Positions 21,446 to 32,666 of a stretch of 64,000 bases of DNA are shown here, piece after piece. This DNA is from Dictyostelium discoideum. Its lineage: Eukaryota. Each line of letters begins with the position of its first letter. Position 1 is the first letter of the stretch. Under the pieces are notes generated by a model. It made no database searches and was not told the origin of the DNA. It was given only the letters and a program-made list of their open reading frames with translations. The translations under genes and the position numbers were made by a program. The DNA is taken from contig CM000153.2 of the NCBI GenBank assembly GCA_000004695.1, forward strand, positions 2,496,001 to 2,560,000, written 5' to 3'.

Positions 21446-22403
21446 CCAATATTAAAATTAAAAAATCTAATAATAAAATAAATTGCATAAACTCAAAATT
21501 TTATTCTAAACTAACCAAAATGAATCATAACAAAACATATAATATTCTAAACTTGAATAAACAAATTAAACAATTAGAAATCTGTAATAATATTTATTTA
21601 ACTGATAATAAAAATAATAATAACAATAACAATAACAATAACAATATAGATAATAATATGGATCATACTTGTAATAATAATAATAGTTTTCATATTTATG
21701 ATAACTATATGTTATCATTAAAAAAATTAACAATTAATGTTATTAAAATTTTAATTCATTTCAAACAATTCACTAGTATTTCAATAAAAGATATTTCAAA
21801 TTATCTAAATGTTTCAACAGAATCTATTTCTTTTATAATTAAAATTCTATATATATTGGAAATTGTTGAAAAAGATAGTAATGATGAGACTCATTACATT
21901 TGGAAAGGATTATATGATAATCAAGATTTTATTGAAACTATTGATTATATTTCAAATTCAAAATCAAATTTTGTAACAAATCATTCTGAACCATTTTTAA
22001 ATATTTATGACAATTATCATCCATCTATAAATGATATTGAAAGTAATAATCCAAAATACAATAAAGATATCGGTTCAATATTACATCAATTTTTAAAGAA
22101 TTTAATTAAAAGGGATTATGTTTCATTTTTACATTTGAAAAATAATATTTATTTAATTGATTCTCAATGTAATTATTAAAAATTTTATTTTATAATTAAT
22201 TTATAGCCTTATTAAAAATTTTCTAATAAAAAAAAAAAAATCTTTTTTTTTTTTTTTTTTTTCTTTTTTTTTTAAAAATAGATTACCACATTGTAAATAT
22301 TTCAAAAGTTTTATATGCCCTCGGTTTAATTTCAATTGAAGTTTCAAAGAACAATAATTTAATATATTTTAAATGGATTGGTTTTATTCCAAAAGAACAG
22401 TAG
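21388..22403 (+). CDS. E2F/DP-family-like winged-helix protein with two divergent DNA-binding-domain-like modules (atypical E2F/DEL architecture), 2 exons
   Basis: join(21388..22168,22282..22403). Exon 1 reads ...SLKKLTINVIKILIHFKQFTSISIKDISNYLNVSTESISFIIKILYILEIVEKDSNDETHYIWKG. This resembles the E2F DBD ...L(T)KKF(I)ELL...G.(L)DL..AA..L.V.KRRIYDITNVLEGIGLIEK..KN.IQW.G. The second module runs SILHQFLKNLIKRDYVSFLHLKNNIYLIDSQ | donor GTAATT, acceptor atag | YYHIVNISKVLYALGLISIEVSKNNNLIYFKWIGFIPKEQ*. Here IVNISKVLYALGLI matches IYDITNVLEGIGLI. The RRxYD DNA-contact motif is not conserved in either module. Confidence 0.45.
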
Positions 22404-22593
22404 TAGAAAATATTATTAAATTTAAAAAAAAAAAATAAAATAATTAAACATTTAAATATTGTAAATAAAAAATAAAATAAATATATAAACTGTAGATTTT
22501 TTTTAAGTTTTTTTTTTATTTGAAATATAATTAATCTTGATTATAATAATTTATTTACAAAATTGTATTATATGTTATAGATTTGTTATTTTT

Positions 22594-22624
<31 letters not shown>

Positions 22625-22686
22625 TTTCTATATTTTAATAGTTTTTTTTTTTTATTTATTTATTTTTTTTCATTTGAAAGTTAAAT

Positions 22687-23487
22687 TTATTTTCTACCAC
22701 CAGCTCTCTTGCTTTTACCTGGTCTTGATTGTTTAGCAGCACGTGAACCACCTTTACCAGCACCACCACTACCACCTCTACTAGCACCACCTTTACCAGC
22801 ACCTCCTTTACCACCTTTGTTCATTTTACCACCTTTACCTCTTGAGTAATCTCTATCTTCATTATTTTTCTTTACACTAAAGCCACTCATATCATTAACA
22901 GAGCCTTTATCGTTTGTCTTTGCATATCTCTTTTTACCACCAAATCCATATTTAGCATCTTTCTTCTTTCTCTTATCACCTTTAACTGGTAATTTTGATT
23001 TTTCAACTTTCTTTCTATCTTTTTTAGCAGCTATATCATCAATTAAATCAATATTAAATTCATCTGAAACATTACCTTTTTCACGATCTAAAATAATTTT
23101 TAAAAAAAAAAAAAATTATTAATATAAAAGTTGTGCGGAAAAAAAAAAAAAAAAAAAAAAAAGAAATTTAAATTTAAATAATATAATATGTTACTCTTTC
23201 TCCATTTTTTAACAGATTCAATGGCATCTGATTTTTGTTTTTGTCTTTCTTGTAATTTTTGAGTTTGAACTTGTTTGCCAAACTTTTTGATTTCTCTCTT
23301 CTTTCTAATCATCTCTGAAGTTTCAACTCTCTTCTTCTCTGATTGAATATTTGTTTTAATTTTGTGCATTTGTTGATCAGATTTAATCATCTCTGCAAAG
23401 AAATCTGGTTTTCTTCTAACTGTTAAACCATTTTGAGCACATAATTTTTCACATTCTGTAACTGATTGTAATGTTTGTTTATAACTA

Positions 23488-23524
<37 letters not shown>

Positions 23525-23744
23525 AGTATTTTTAATAAAAAAATAAAATAATAATAAAACAATAATAAAATATAAAAAAAACACATACAAAGCGATTTCT
23601 CTATGAAAATCATCATGAATATCTTCAATGTCTAATGGTGTTTGTGATGTAACTGCTAATGTATGAACCCATGGAACTTTACCACTTGATAATTTAAAAT
23701 CTCTTAATTTACTTTTCATACCTTCCTATAATATTTAAATTTAA

Positions 23745-23843
<99 letters not shown>

Positions 23844-24706
23844 GTATTTATAATAATAATTATTAATTTATTTATATTTATATTAATACATACAATATCA
23901 TTTACAACATATTTTTGACGATTTGATTTTAAATGTTGTTGTTCTAATCTTTGTTTTTTTTCTTCTTTATCCATTTCATTTTCTGAATCAAGTAATTCAC
24001 CATCTTCATCAATGAGTTCTTCATCAGAATTGATTTCTCTAATAATTTCTGGTGCTTTTCTTGGTTTTTTAGCTTCTTCTTTAAGAATATCAGAAACTGA
24101 AGCAAAACCTTGGAAAGCATTACCTGACATTTCAATCTTTTTACTTAATTTTTTATTTGTTTTTGGTGCTTCAATTTCTTGTTCTTCCTCTTCCTCTTCT
24201 TCTTCTTCTTCACTATTCATTTCATCAAATAATTCATCAACATCTTCATCTTCACCATCTTCATCTTCTTCTTCCTCCTCTTCATCATCTTCTTGTTCAT
24301 TTAAATCATCACCATAAACATCATCATCATCTTCTTCATCACCTTCAAAATCATCTTCACCATCATCTTCACTATCATCGAAATCCATAACTTGTTGGTT
24401 ATCATCTTCAGATGAGAAATCATCTTCATCTTCATCATCAAAATCACCACTATTTGAAATCATTTCTTGGAGTTGTTTTTTTAATGCATTTTCATCAAAT
24501 CCTTCAGATTCTTTCTTTTTGTTATTTGATTTCTTTGCTTGTTGTTGTTGTTGTGCTGCTGGTTTTTGATTGGTTTGTTTCTTTTCAACGACTGGTGCTA
24601 CTGATTTCTTTGATAATTGTGTTACATTTTTAGCTGCTGCTACTGGTTTCTTTTGATTTTGTGCAACTACTTTTTTATTACCTGCTGTATTACCTTTAAC
24701 TGCCAT
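22687..24706 (-). CDS. nucleolar rRNA-processing protein EBP2 (EBNA1-binding protein 2 / Ebp2p) homologue, 4 exons
   Basis: join(24706..23894,23725..23589,23485..23195,23087..22687). Exon 1 is a Lys-rich N-terminus plus acidic D/E tract, ending ...QKYVVNDI at donor GTATGT. Exon 2 is EGMKSKLRDFKLSSGKVPWVHTLAVTSQTPLDIEDIHDDFHREIA. Exon 3 is (F)YKQTLQSVTECEKLCAQNGLTVRRKPDFFAEMIKSDQQMHKIKTNIQSEKKRVETSEMIRKKREIKKFGKQVQTQKLQERQKQKSDAIESVKKWRK; this is the conserved EBP2 core, with W..T..V, DD..RE, DYFAEM.KSD.HM.K. Exon 4 is ...KKDAKYGFGGKKRYAKTNDKGS... plus a Gly/Lys-rich tail. Exon-3 length is off by 1 nt in my hand count, so one boundary may shift by 1. Confidence 0.8.
23748..23843. repeat. (ATT)n microsatellite (about 32 units) forming most of EBP2 intron 1
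   Basis: Pure attattatt run between donor at 23893 and acceptor at 23726. Confidence 0.9.
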
Positions 24707-24966
24707 TTTTTTTTTTTATATTTTAATTTTATTTCTTTCTATCTAAATATATATAAATATAATAAAAAAAATAAAAAATGAATAATTAAAATAATAAAAA
24801 TTTAAAAATAAAAAATAAAAAAAAAAAAATTAAAAAAAGAAAATTGAAAAAAAAAAAAAAAAACGAAAAACGACAAAAAAAAAAAAAAAATTAAAATAAA
24901 ATAAAATAAAAAATAAAAAACGAAAATGATTTTTTTTTATTTTTTTTTATTTTTTTTTTTTTTTGT

Positions 24967-26046
24967 TTATTGTGAAATTTCAATTGTTGGAGTTGGATTA
25001 CTTGGTAATAATTGTTTTTTTTCATTTTTAGGGTTACTACTACTACTTGCAACATTATAATCATCAGCATCTTCATCATTTCCTTCATTATCCTCATCTT
25101 CGTCATCCTCTTCATCACGATTATTATTACCAAAGAATCGGTTTAAGAAATGACCATGGTTATGATTATATTTTGGACGGAATAAAAACAATAATAAAAT
25201 GAAAAATATTGTATTAATTAATAGATTCAATATGGTTACAACTCTATACTTTATATATGGATCAATGAAATGAGCAACAATGATTACAATTGGATGCAAA
25301 AGGAACCAATTTAGGAATACAACAGTGAAAATGAACATCAACTTCTTTTTAGAACCATCAATTTCAATACGATAATATAAATGATTACTAAATAAAAAGA
25401 ATCCAACTATTACACCATACAATGAGACCAAAATGTATCCTGGTGTTGTATCTAAAAAATAGCTATAATTATTACTATTATTATTATTATTGTTTGCATT
25501 AAATTCAACATCAAAAACAAACATTATATAAATTGTCCAACTTAAACCAATCATTGATAACGTTATTAAATAGTTTAAAATTCTTTGGAAAACATTTACA
25601 CCATATTGGGTACTATTTGTCCATCCTTGTCCAATTATTAATAATAATAATAAAAATAATCCATTTCCTAAAATATAAAATACTATTTTTTTCAATTAAT
25701 TTAGAATTAATTTTTTTTTTTTTTTATTATTTTTTTTTTTTTAAAATACTAAAAACATACAATTTCCAAATAATTCAACATATGGAATTTCTTTTGAAAA
25801 ATGAATTATACTTAACCAATTTGTTAAAAATAATATTTGACTTATGATGAAAATTAATAAAACTCCTGAAAAATATTCTAGGATTTGACATCGAATTCCA
25901 TTACTCCATCTTGAAATTATATAATAAAGTGATACACCAAAAAGTCCAACAAAAACACATAAAAATATTAATTGAACTCTTGGTATTACATTTTCATCAC
26001 TATTAACATCATTTAATTCACTACTATTAAAAAATTCCTCTATCAT
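24967..26046 (-). CDS. 7-TM membrane protein, GPR180/TMEM145-like (GpcrRhopsn4-type) family member lacking the N-terminal ectodomain; 2 exons
   Basis: join(26046..25761,25682..24967). MIEEFFNSSELN...IPYVELFGN | donor GTATGT, acceptor aaatag | (L)FYILGNGLFLLLLLIIGQGWTNSTQYGVN... Multiple hydrophobic helices; acidic C-terminal tail (DEEDDEDEDNEGNDEDADD). Paralogous to 27362..28794 with the same intron position and phase. Confidence 0.6.
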
Positions 26047-26601
26047 TTATTTTCAATTTTATTATTATTTATTTTTTTAATTATTAAATTTTTTTTTTTA
26101 TTTTTTTTATTTATTTTTCTACAATAAAAATTAATTAAACTGCTTTTTAAAAAAATAAAAAAATAAACAAATAAATTTTAATAAATGATTTTATTATTTT
26201 TATTATTTTCTTTAAAAAAAAAAAAAAAAAAAAAAAATATGGTAATTTTATTTTATTTTTTATAATTTTTATTTTATAATTTTTATGGTTAAATAATATT
26301 AATGATAGTAGTAAAAAAAAAATTATGAAAGAAATGTTGATAGAATTTTATTACTAATGATTATTAATGCTACATTGATTTTTAGTGGGTAATAGTATGT
26401 TTAGATATGTGTGTTAAAAAAAAAAAAAAAAAATTATTCATTTTTTATATTTTTTATTTTTTTTTAAACTTTTTAATGCAAATATTAAAAAATTATAATT
26501 AAATTATTTTTAATAGAAATCTGATTGTTTTTAAAATTTATTTAATTTCATTAAGGTACTAGTTAATAAAAATATTACTTTAGTAATTATTATTAAATCT
26601 C

Positions 26602-26632
<31 letters not shown>

Positions 26633-27361
26633 TCTCAATAAATTTACGCATAATAAATACACAACAAAATATGTTTACTATAAGTTCATTTTTATTTTAT
26701 TTTTTTAATTTTTATTATTTATTTATTTATTTTTTTTATTATTAATTTTTTTAATTTATTTTTTTTATTTTTTTTTTATTTATTTTTTTTTTTATTTTTT
26801 TTTTTTTATAAATCTTATTCATGTAAATGATTAAAAAGGTTAAAATCATTGAAATTAAAAAATATATATGGAGAACACAAAGTGGTTGGTAGCATGGGGG
26901 ATTTTCTATTTTGAGAAAGATGAATTTTTTTTTTTTTTTATTGTGTGTGGGTGTATTTGTTTATTTTTTATTTAAAAATATTATTTTTTTCATTTTTATT
27001 TCCCACATTGGGAAGGTGTTACTTTTGGAAATCATAAAAAATATATAAAAAAAAAATAAATAAAAATACAAAAAAATAAATATTGAAAAAAATAATTTAT
27101 CCACCTCCCAATTCAAGGTAAAGAGTGCTAAAGTGTGTTTTTAAGTGTGTATTTGTTTTGATAATTATTTTTTTTTTTTTTTTTTTAATTATTTATTATT
27201 TATTATTTTTTTAAAAAATTGAATCAAATTGAAAAAAAATCTCTATATAAAGCTAAAATTTTTTTTTTTAATCATTATTCACATCCTATTATAAATACAA
27301 TAAAAACAATAATTACAAAAAAAATTGTCAAATAATTAAAAAAAAAAAAACAAAAAAAAAA

Positions 27362-28794
27362 ATGAATCATTTAAAAATATTTTTATTAGTCTGTTTAACA
27401 ATTTTAGTTTCCACGGTTGGTTCTATGAGGCTAAGCGGTGAAATCTCTTCCAAAGGTACCTTTACTCAATATATTGGTAAATTCTGTTACAATGATAATG
27501 GTGGTAATATTATAGTGGATCTTAACTGGGATCATTATAATATCGATACTGCAAAATTATTATTATTCTCTGATTCAATTGAAAATGTTTTAGAAAAAGT
27601 AGAGTCTTTATCATGTCAAAATACAGTATGTTTTTATAAATATTATTATTATTATTATTTTTTTTTTTAAATATTAATTTTTTTTTTTTTTTTTTTTTTT
27701 AATAAATAAATAAATATAAAAAAAGGTAACACCAAGTTATGTGTTTAATAAATACTCTAATCTTAGTAAAATCTATGAAGTAAAAGGACAACGTGATAGA
27801 TATTGGTATTTGGTTATTCAAAATTGTGAAAAGTTTCCAAGTAATTTAAACTATGATATCAGTCTCTTAAATGATGGTGATTCATTTGATAAATTTCTCT
27901 CAGCTGATCATCAATCTGTACCACAAGCTCATATTTTTTACTTTTTATTCGGTATGGTATTAATTATGGTTTCAATTGTATGGATTGGTCAATACTTTAG
28001 AAGAAATAAATTAAATGGTTGGGTAATTGAATGTTTAATTTTGATAATGATTCTATCATTAATGTCTATATTTTTATATACATTAAATTGGATTTATATA
28101 ATTTATAATTTACCACTTGGTAAAAATATTTTTGAAATTGCAAATTGTAAGTAATAATAAAATATATATAAATTTAAAAATTATTAACAATATTTTTTTT
28201 TTTTTTTTTTTTTTTAAAATTTTATTTTTATTAGGGGTTTATGTTTTAGCAAAGAATTTATTTTTCTTATTGTTAATTTATGCTGGTCAAGGTTGGACAA
28301 CATCAATTTATTCTAAGTCAAAATTAAGAAATTGTATCAATATATTCTTAATTGTATTTAATATTTCATTGGGATGGTCATTAAGTTATATTTATGATTA
28401 TTCGAAACCAGATATTAGACCATACAATTATTATTTAGATTGTTTACCTGGATACTTTTCTTATGTTGCATACGGCTTATTAACGGTCTATTTTATTTAT
28501 TGCAATATAATTTCCTATAGATCATTAAATGATGCTGAGCCGGCTAGAAAAACATTTTTAAAAATTTTCACATTGGTTTTCTCAATATATATGTTGAGTC
28601 CGATTTTGGTTGGTATCATCTCCCATTTCCTTGTGGATTATATGAAATTCAAAGTTTCAACTATAATGAATCACACTTTGGATTTCATATTTTACATTAC
28701 TCTAATGGTGTTCTATAGGCCTACAGCTGGAAATATTTTAGTAACAAAATTAGTAAACCCTTATAATATTGAATTAAGAGAAATTAAATATTAA
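27362..28794 (+). CDS. 7-TM receptor-like protein with signal peptide and about 150-aa extracellular N-domain, GPR180/TMEM145-like family; 3 exons
   Basis: join(27362..27625,27726..28146,28235..28794). Signal peptide MNHLKIFLLVCLTILVSTVGS; ectodomain with Cys (CYNDNGG...SLSCQNT | VTPSYVFNKYSNLSKIYEVKGQRDRYWYLVIQNCEKF...). TM core ...NIFEIAN | (W)VYVLAKNLFFLLLIYAGQGWTTSIYSK...FYRPTAGN. The family assignment is tentative and from memory. Paralogy to the minus-strand gene is directly visible (LLLIYAGQGWTTS vs LLLLIIGQGWTNS; FYRPTAGN vs LFRPKYNH). Confidence 0.65.
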
Positions 28795-29344
28795 TTAAAT
28801 TTCAAAAAAAATCGATTTTTTTTGAAATTTAATTAATATTTAATTTCTCCAGACCTTTAATTTTTAATAAATAAATAATAATTTAAATGTTTTTTTCTTT
28901 ATACTAAAATAATTTTTAATATTTTTTAATTTTTTTTTTATTTATCTTTATTTTTTTTTTTATTATAAAAAAATGGTTATTAATAATTTTTATATTTTAA
29001 CTTTTTGCAAATATAAAAAAAAAAAAAAAAAAAAAATGGTTATTAATAGTTTTTATATTTTAACTTTTTACAAAAAAAAAATAAAAAAAAAATTATTCAA
29101 ATGAGGTAAAACACCAGTGTTAATATATTTATTTTTTTAAAAAAATAATAATAAAAAATATTAAAAAAATCAACGCGAAAATTGGTGTGAATTTAATCAC
29201 AAAAAAAAAAAAAAAACAAAATAAATAAAAAATAAAAAATAAAAAAAAAAAAAAAAAAAAAAAAAGAAAAAATTTTGAAAATTTTTTCATTTTTTTTTTT
29301 TTTTTTTTTTTTTTTTTGTTTCATAAACATAAATACATAATAAA

Positions 29345-29738
29345 ATGAACTCATTTTTTAGATTAGCTAGAACTTCATTCAACCAAACCAAAACCATCGC
29401 TCAAAGAGGTGGTCATGGTCCAGTCGTATGTATTCATTAGTTATTAAAGAAAATAAAAAAATAAAATCAAAAAAATATAAAATCTAATCAATTTTATTAA
29501 ATTAACACTCAATAATAGGAACTCGGTACCTCTGAATACAGTTTAAGCCCAAGCGTTCATGCTGCTATTTCCCTTTCAGTTAAATTATCAGCTTTTGCCT
29601 TTTTCTTTGCTTACCCATTTGCTGTTATCAGATACCAAAGGTAATATTAAAAAAAATAAAATAAAATAAAACCTATTAAAAAACATTAACTAACCCCACT
29701 ATTTATTTTTTTATAGATCTAAAAAAGAATCTGGTTAA
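29345..29738 (+). CDS. cytochrome c oxidase subunit 7C/VIIc-like (yeast Cox8-type) small mitochondrial membrane protein, 3 micro-exons, 74 aa
   Basis: join(29345..29425,29519..29640,29717..29738). MNSFFRLARTSFNQTKTIAQRGGHGPV | donor GTATGT, acceptor aatag | ELGTSEYSLSPSVHAAISLSVKLSAFAFFFAYPFAVIRYQ(R) | donor GTAATA, acceptor ttatag | SKKESG*. Presequence-like N-terminus, single TM, and a PF.V.R.Q motif as in COX7C (...FAAPFFIVRHQLLKK). Confidence 0.5.
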
Positions 29739-30024
29739 ACTTTTTCTTTAAATAATATAATGAATACAGAATATAAAAATAAAATCAAATAAAATCAAGT
29801 AATATATAACATTTAAATTTTTAAAATTTCATTTTTCTCTCAATCTTTTTGTTTATTTATTTATTTTTATTTTTTACAGTTTATCAATATATGTTTTGGA
29901 TTTTAATAAATTCACAATAAAGAGATATTTCTCAAATTTATGGAAATTGGAAATTTTTTTTTTTAAAAAAGTTATATATATATGTTTTTTTTTTTTTTTT
30001 TTATTATTATTTCAATTTAAAATT

Positions 30025-32618
30025 TTAAATTGGTGAAGGTATACCAATTGTTGATGGTGGAGTTGTTGAAGGAGTTAAAGATGAAGGTGAGGAAGGTGAT
30101 GAAGTAGTAGCGGAAGAAGGACCAGAAGTGATTGGAGCAGTTATTGGGAAATTACTTGAACCAGAAGCAACTGAATGAATATAATCGACATAATTTCTAT
30201 CGGAAGAATAACGATCAACGATTTCTTTGATACGGAATTTTCTGAGTACATAAGGTTTTGAATAATTTGGAGTATTATGACGAACATAACGATAGGCATT
30301 GATAGCGGTTTGACGAACCAACAATGGTAACAATTCCTTATTGACAGCCATACCATGAATTAATGGACCAAATAATGGTACTTTTGATTCTTTACGATAG
30401 ATTTGAATTCTGAATAAACCATTTGGTAGCGGATAAACGATGACCAAAGCATCATTGAATTGAGAGGTGATAGTGGTACTATTGTAATCACGGATATGTT
30501 CGGACCAAATGATGTTTACAATATCATTACCCACATGACGTTTCTTATGAATTTGTTGTGAATCGGTTGGATTGGTTGGCATTAATGTGATATCGTGAAA
30601 GATGGCCTCAACCGATGGAGTTGCATAATATGGAGCATAGACACCAGTTGTCTTTTTACGATCCAAACCACCCATATAGCCTTGATGTTGAGCCAATTCA
30701 ACTGGCCAACCTAAACCATCGACAAATTGACGATAGAGATTTGAAGTGTGAGCATTGGCACCACCTTGACTATTGTATTGTTTGGTTTGGTCATTTCTAA
30801 GGATCTCTTTTTGGTCATCTTGACCTTCGCATGTATAGATGACACCAATCTTTAAGATTTCACGACCAGGAGTGATATCCAATTGAGTTAGAGCACGACT
30901 TAATTTATTTGTTGATTCCAATTGACGTAGAGTGTTGGTATAGATATTAACATCCAAGAAACCTAAATAAGATAAAAGTAAACGACAACTTTGAGAGACA
31001 ATCGATTTTGCTTTATCAGGGATTTGAGCATTCCAAGTGCTACCAATTGGTGGTAATGCGTATTTCTCTTGAGTATTTAATGAATCTTCCCTTTGAATGA
31101 ATGCATTCAATTCATTTTGATTCTTTGTAAAGATATCAACTAGATTTGCTTTCAAACAATTCAATGGTTGATTTAAGAATTTTCCTTGACTTGGTAAACA
31201 TTCTGGATGTTCAACAGAGAGATTCTCCAAGAGTTTATTTAATTTTTCATCCTTTTCAACCGGTTTAACTGTTAAATCATTTGAATATTTATTGATTAAA
31301 TGATAACTATTTTGATTGGAATCTAAAACCATTAGATTACTATTTGTACCCTCCAATAGTGATGGGAGTGGTGATTGTTTAATTTGATTCTCCAAATCAT
31401 AATCACAATCAAAGTTCCAAACATATTTACCGGTTGCGTCACGTATAAATAATCTTGCATAGGAACCTGATCCATTTGGTTTAGGAATTTCAACAACGCT
31501 AATTAATGCATTCTCGTTCAATACACAAAATAATGGTAATGTTGAAATATTAGTTGGTGGTGATGCATTAATTTGTGATGATGATGATTGTTGTTCATCA
31601 TTTTCATCAAATAAAGTTTTATCATCTTCTTCATCAATCATTGAACTAATGAATTCTGCACCTTGTTTTGATGGGAAATTATGAGTGAAATTTAAACAAT
31701 GATTTAATAAAGTTTCACAAGCATCATGTATTACAACGAATTTTGTAGTTTCTTCCTCCTCTTGATTGGTTGAAGTATTTGTTGATTTATCACCACTATC
31801 TCTAAATTTATCATTAATCTTTGAGATAACATTCTTTTTAATTGTTAAATTTTTAGTAACACCTTTAATATGATCCTTTGAATCACCACCGGCATTTAAT
31901 GCATTAGCGGCGGCGGCAGCAGCTTCTTGTTTTAAAATATTTGAAAATGAATTTGAACTCCACATTTCATCTTTTAGACCTAAACCTTCTTCAATACAAC
32001 GAAACATTAAACCACGGAATTCAGCATAACTACTATCATCGAAAATACTATTATCCAATGAAATCCAATCCAAAAGACAATGGAAATGACTTGCGATTGT
32101 AATTTCAGCAACGGAAGAGGTGGCAGCTTCAATCTCGGGTAAAACTCTTAGAATACTTGTACAAAGTGAAACTAGTATCTTTTGAATGGTTGATTTTGAA
32201 AGTTTCTTAAAGATTAAACCAATGGAAGATAAAGAATCCAATGCAGCTCTTGCAACGGTAGTATCGATACTTGTGGTATGATTGGTTATCTCATCGACGA
32301 TTTCATTCACCAAGTCTTGATTAAAATTACAATTAAATTCCTCCATTAAGAATACTGATAAACCCCAAACACAAATAACCTTATTCTCTGATGACTTATC
32401 ACTCTTTAATGTCACTGATAATATCTCTACGATATCTTTTTTCATTTCACTCATTGTTAAATCATTACCTAATAATTTACCTTTAACTTCTCTTTGATTA
32501 TAAATATCCATATTTGGAAATTGATTTGGATAAAATATTAATGAATTTATAATTACAATACATTTCTTTCTAACTTCTAATGGTATTGTAATTTCACCTT
32601 TTAATGTTAACTTTTTTG

Positions 32619-32666
<48 letters not shown>

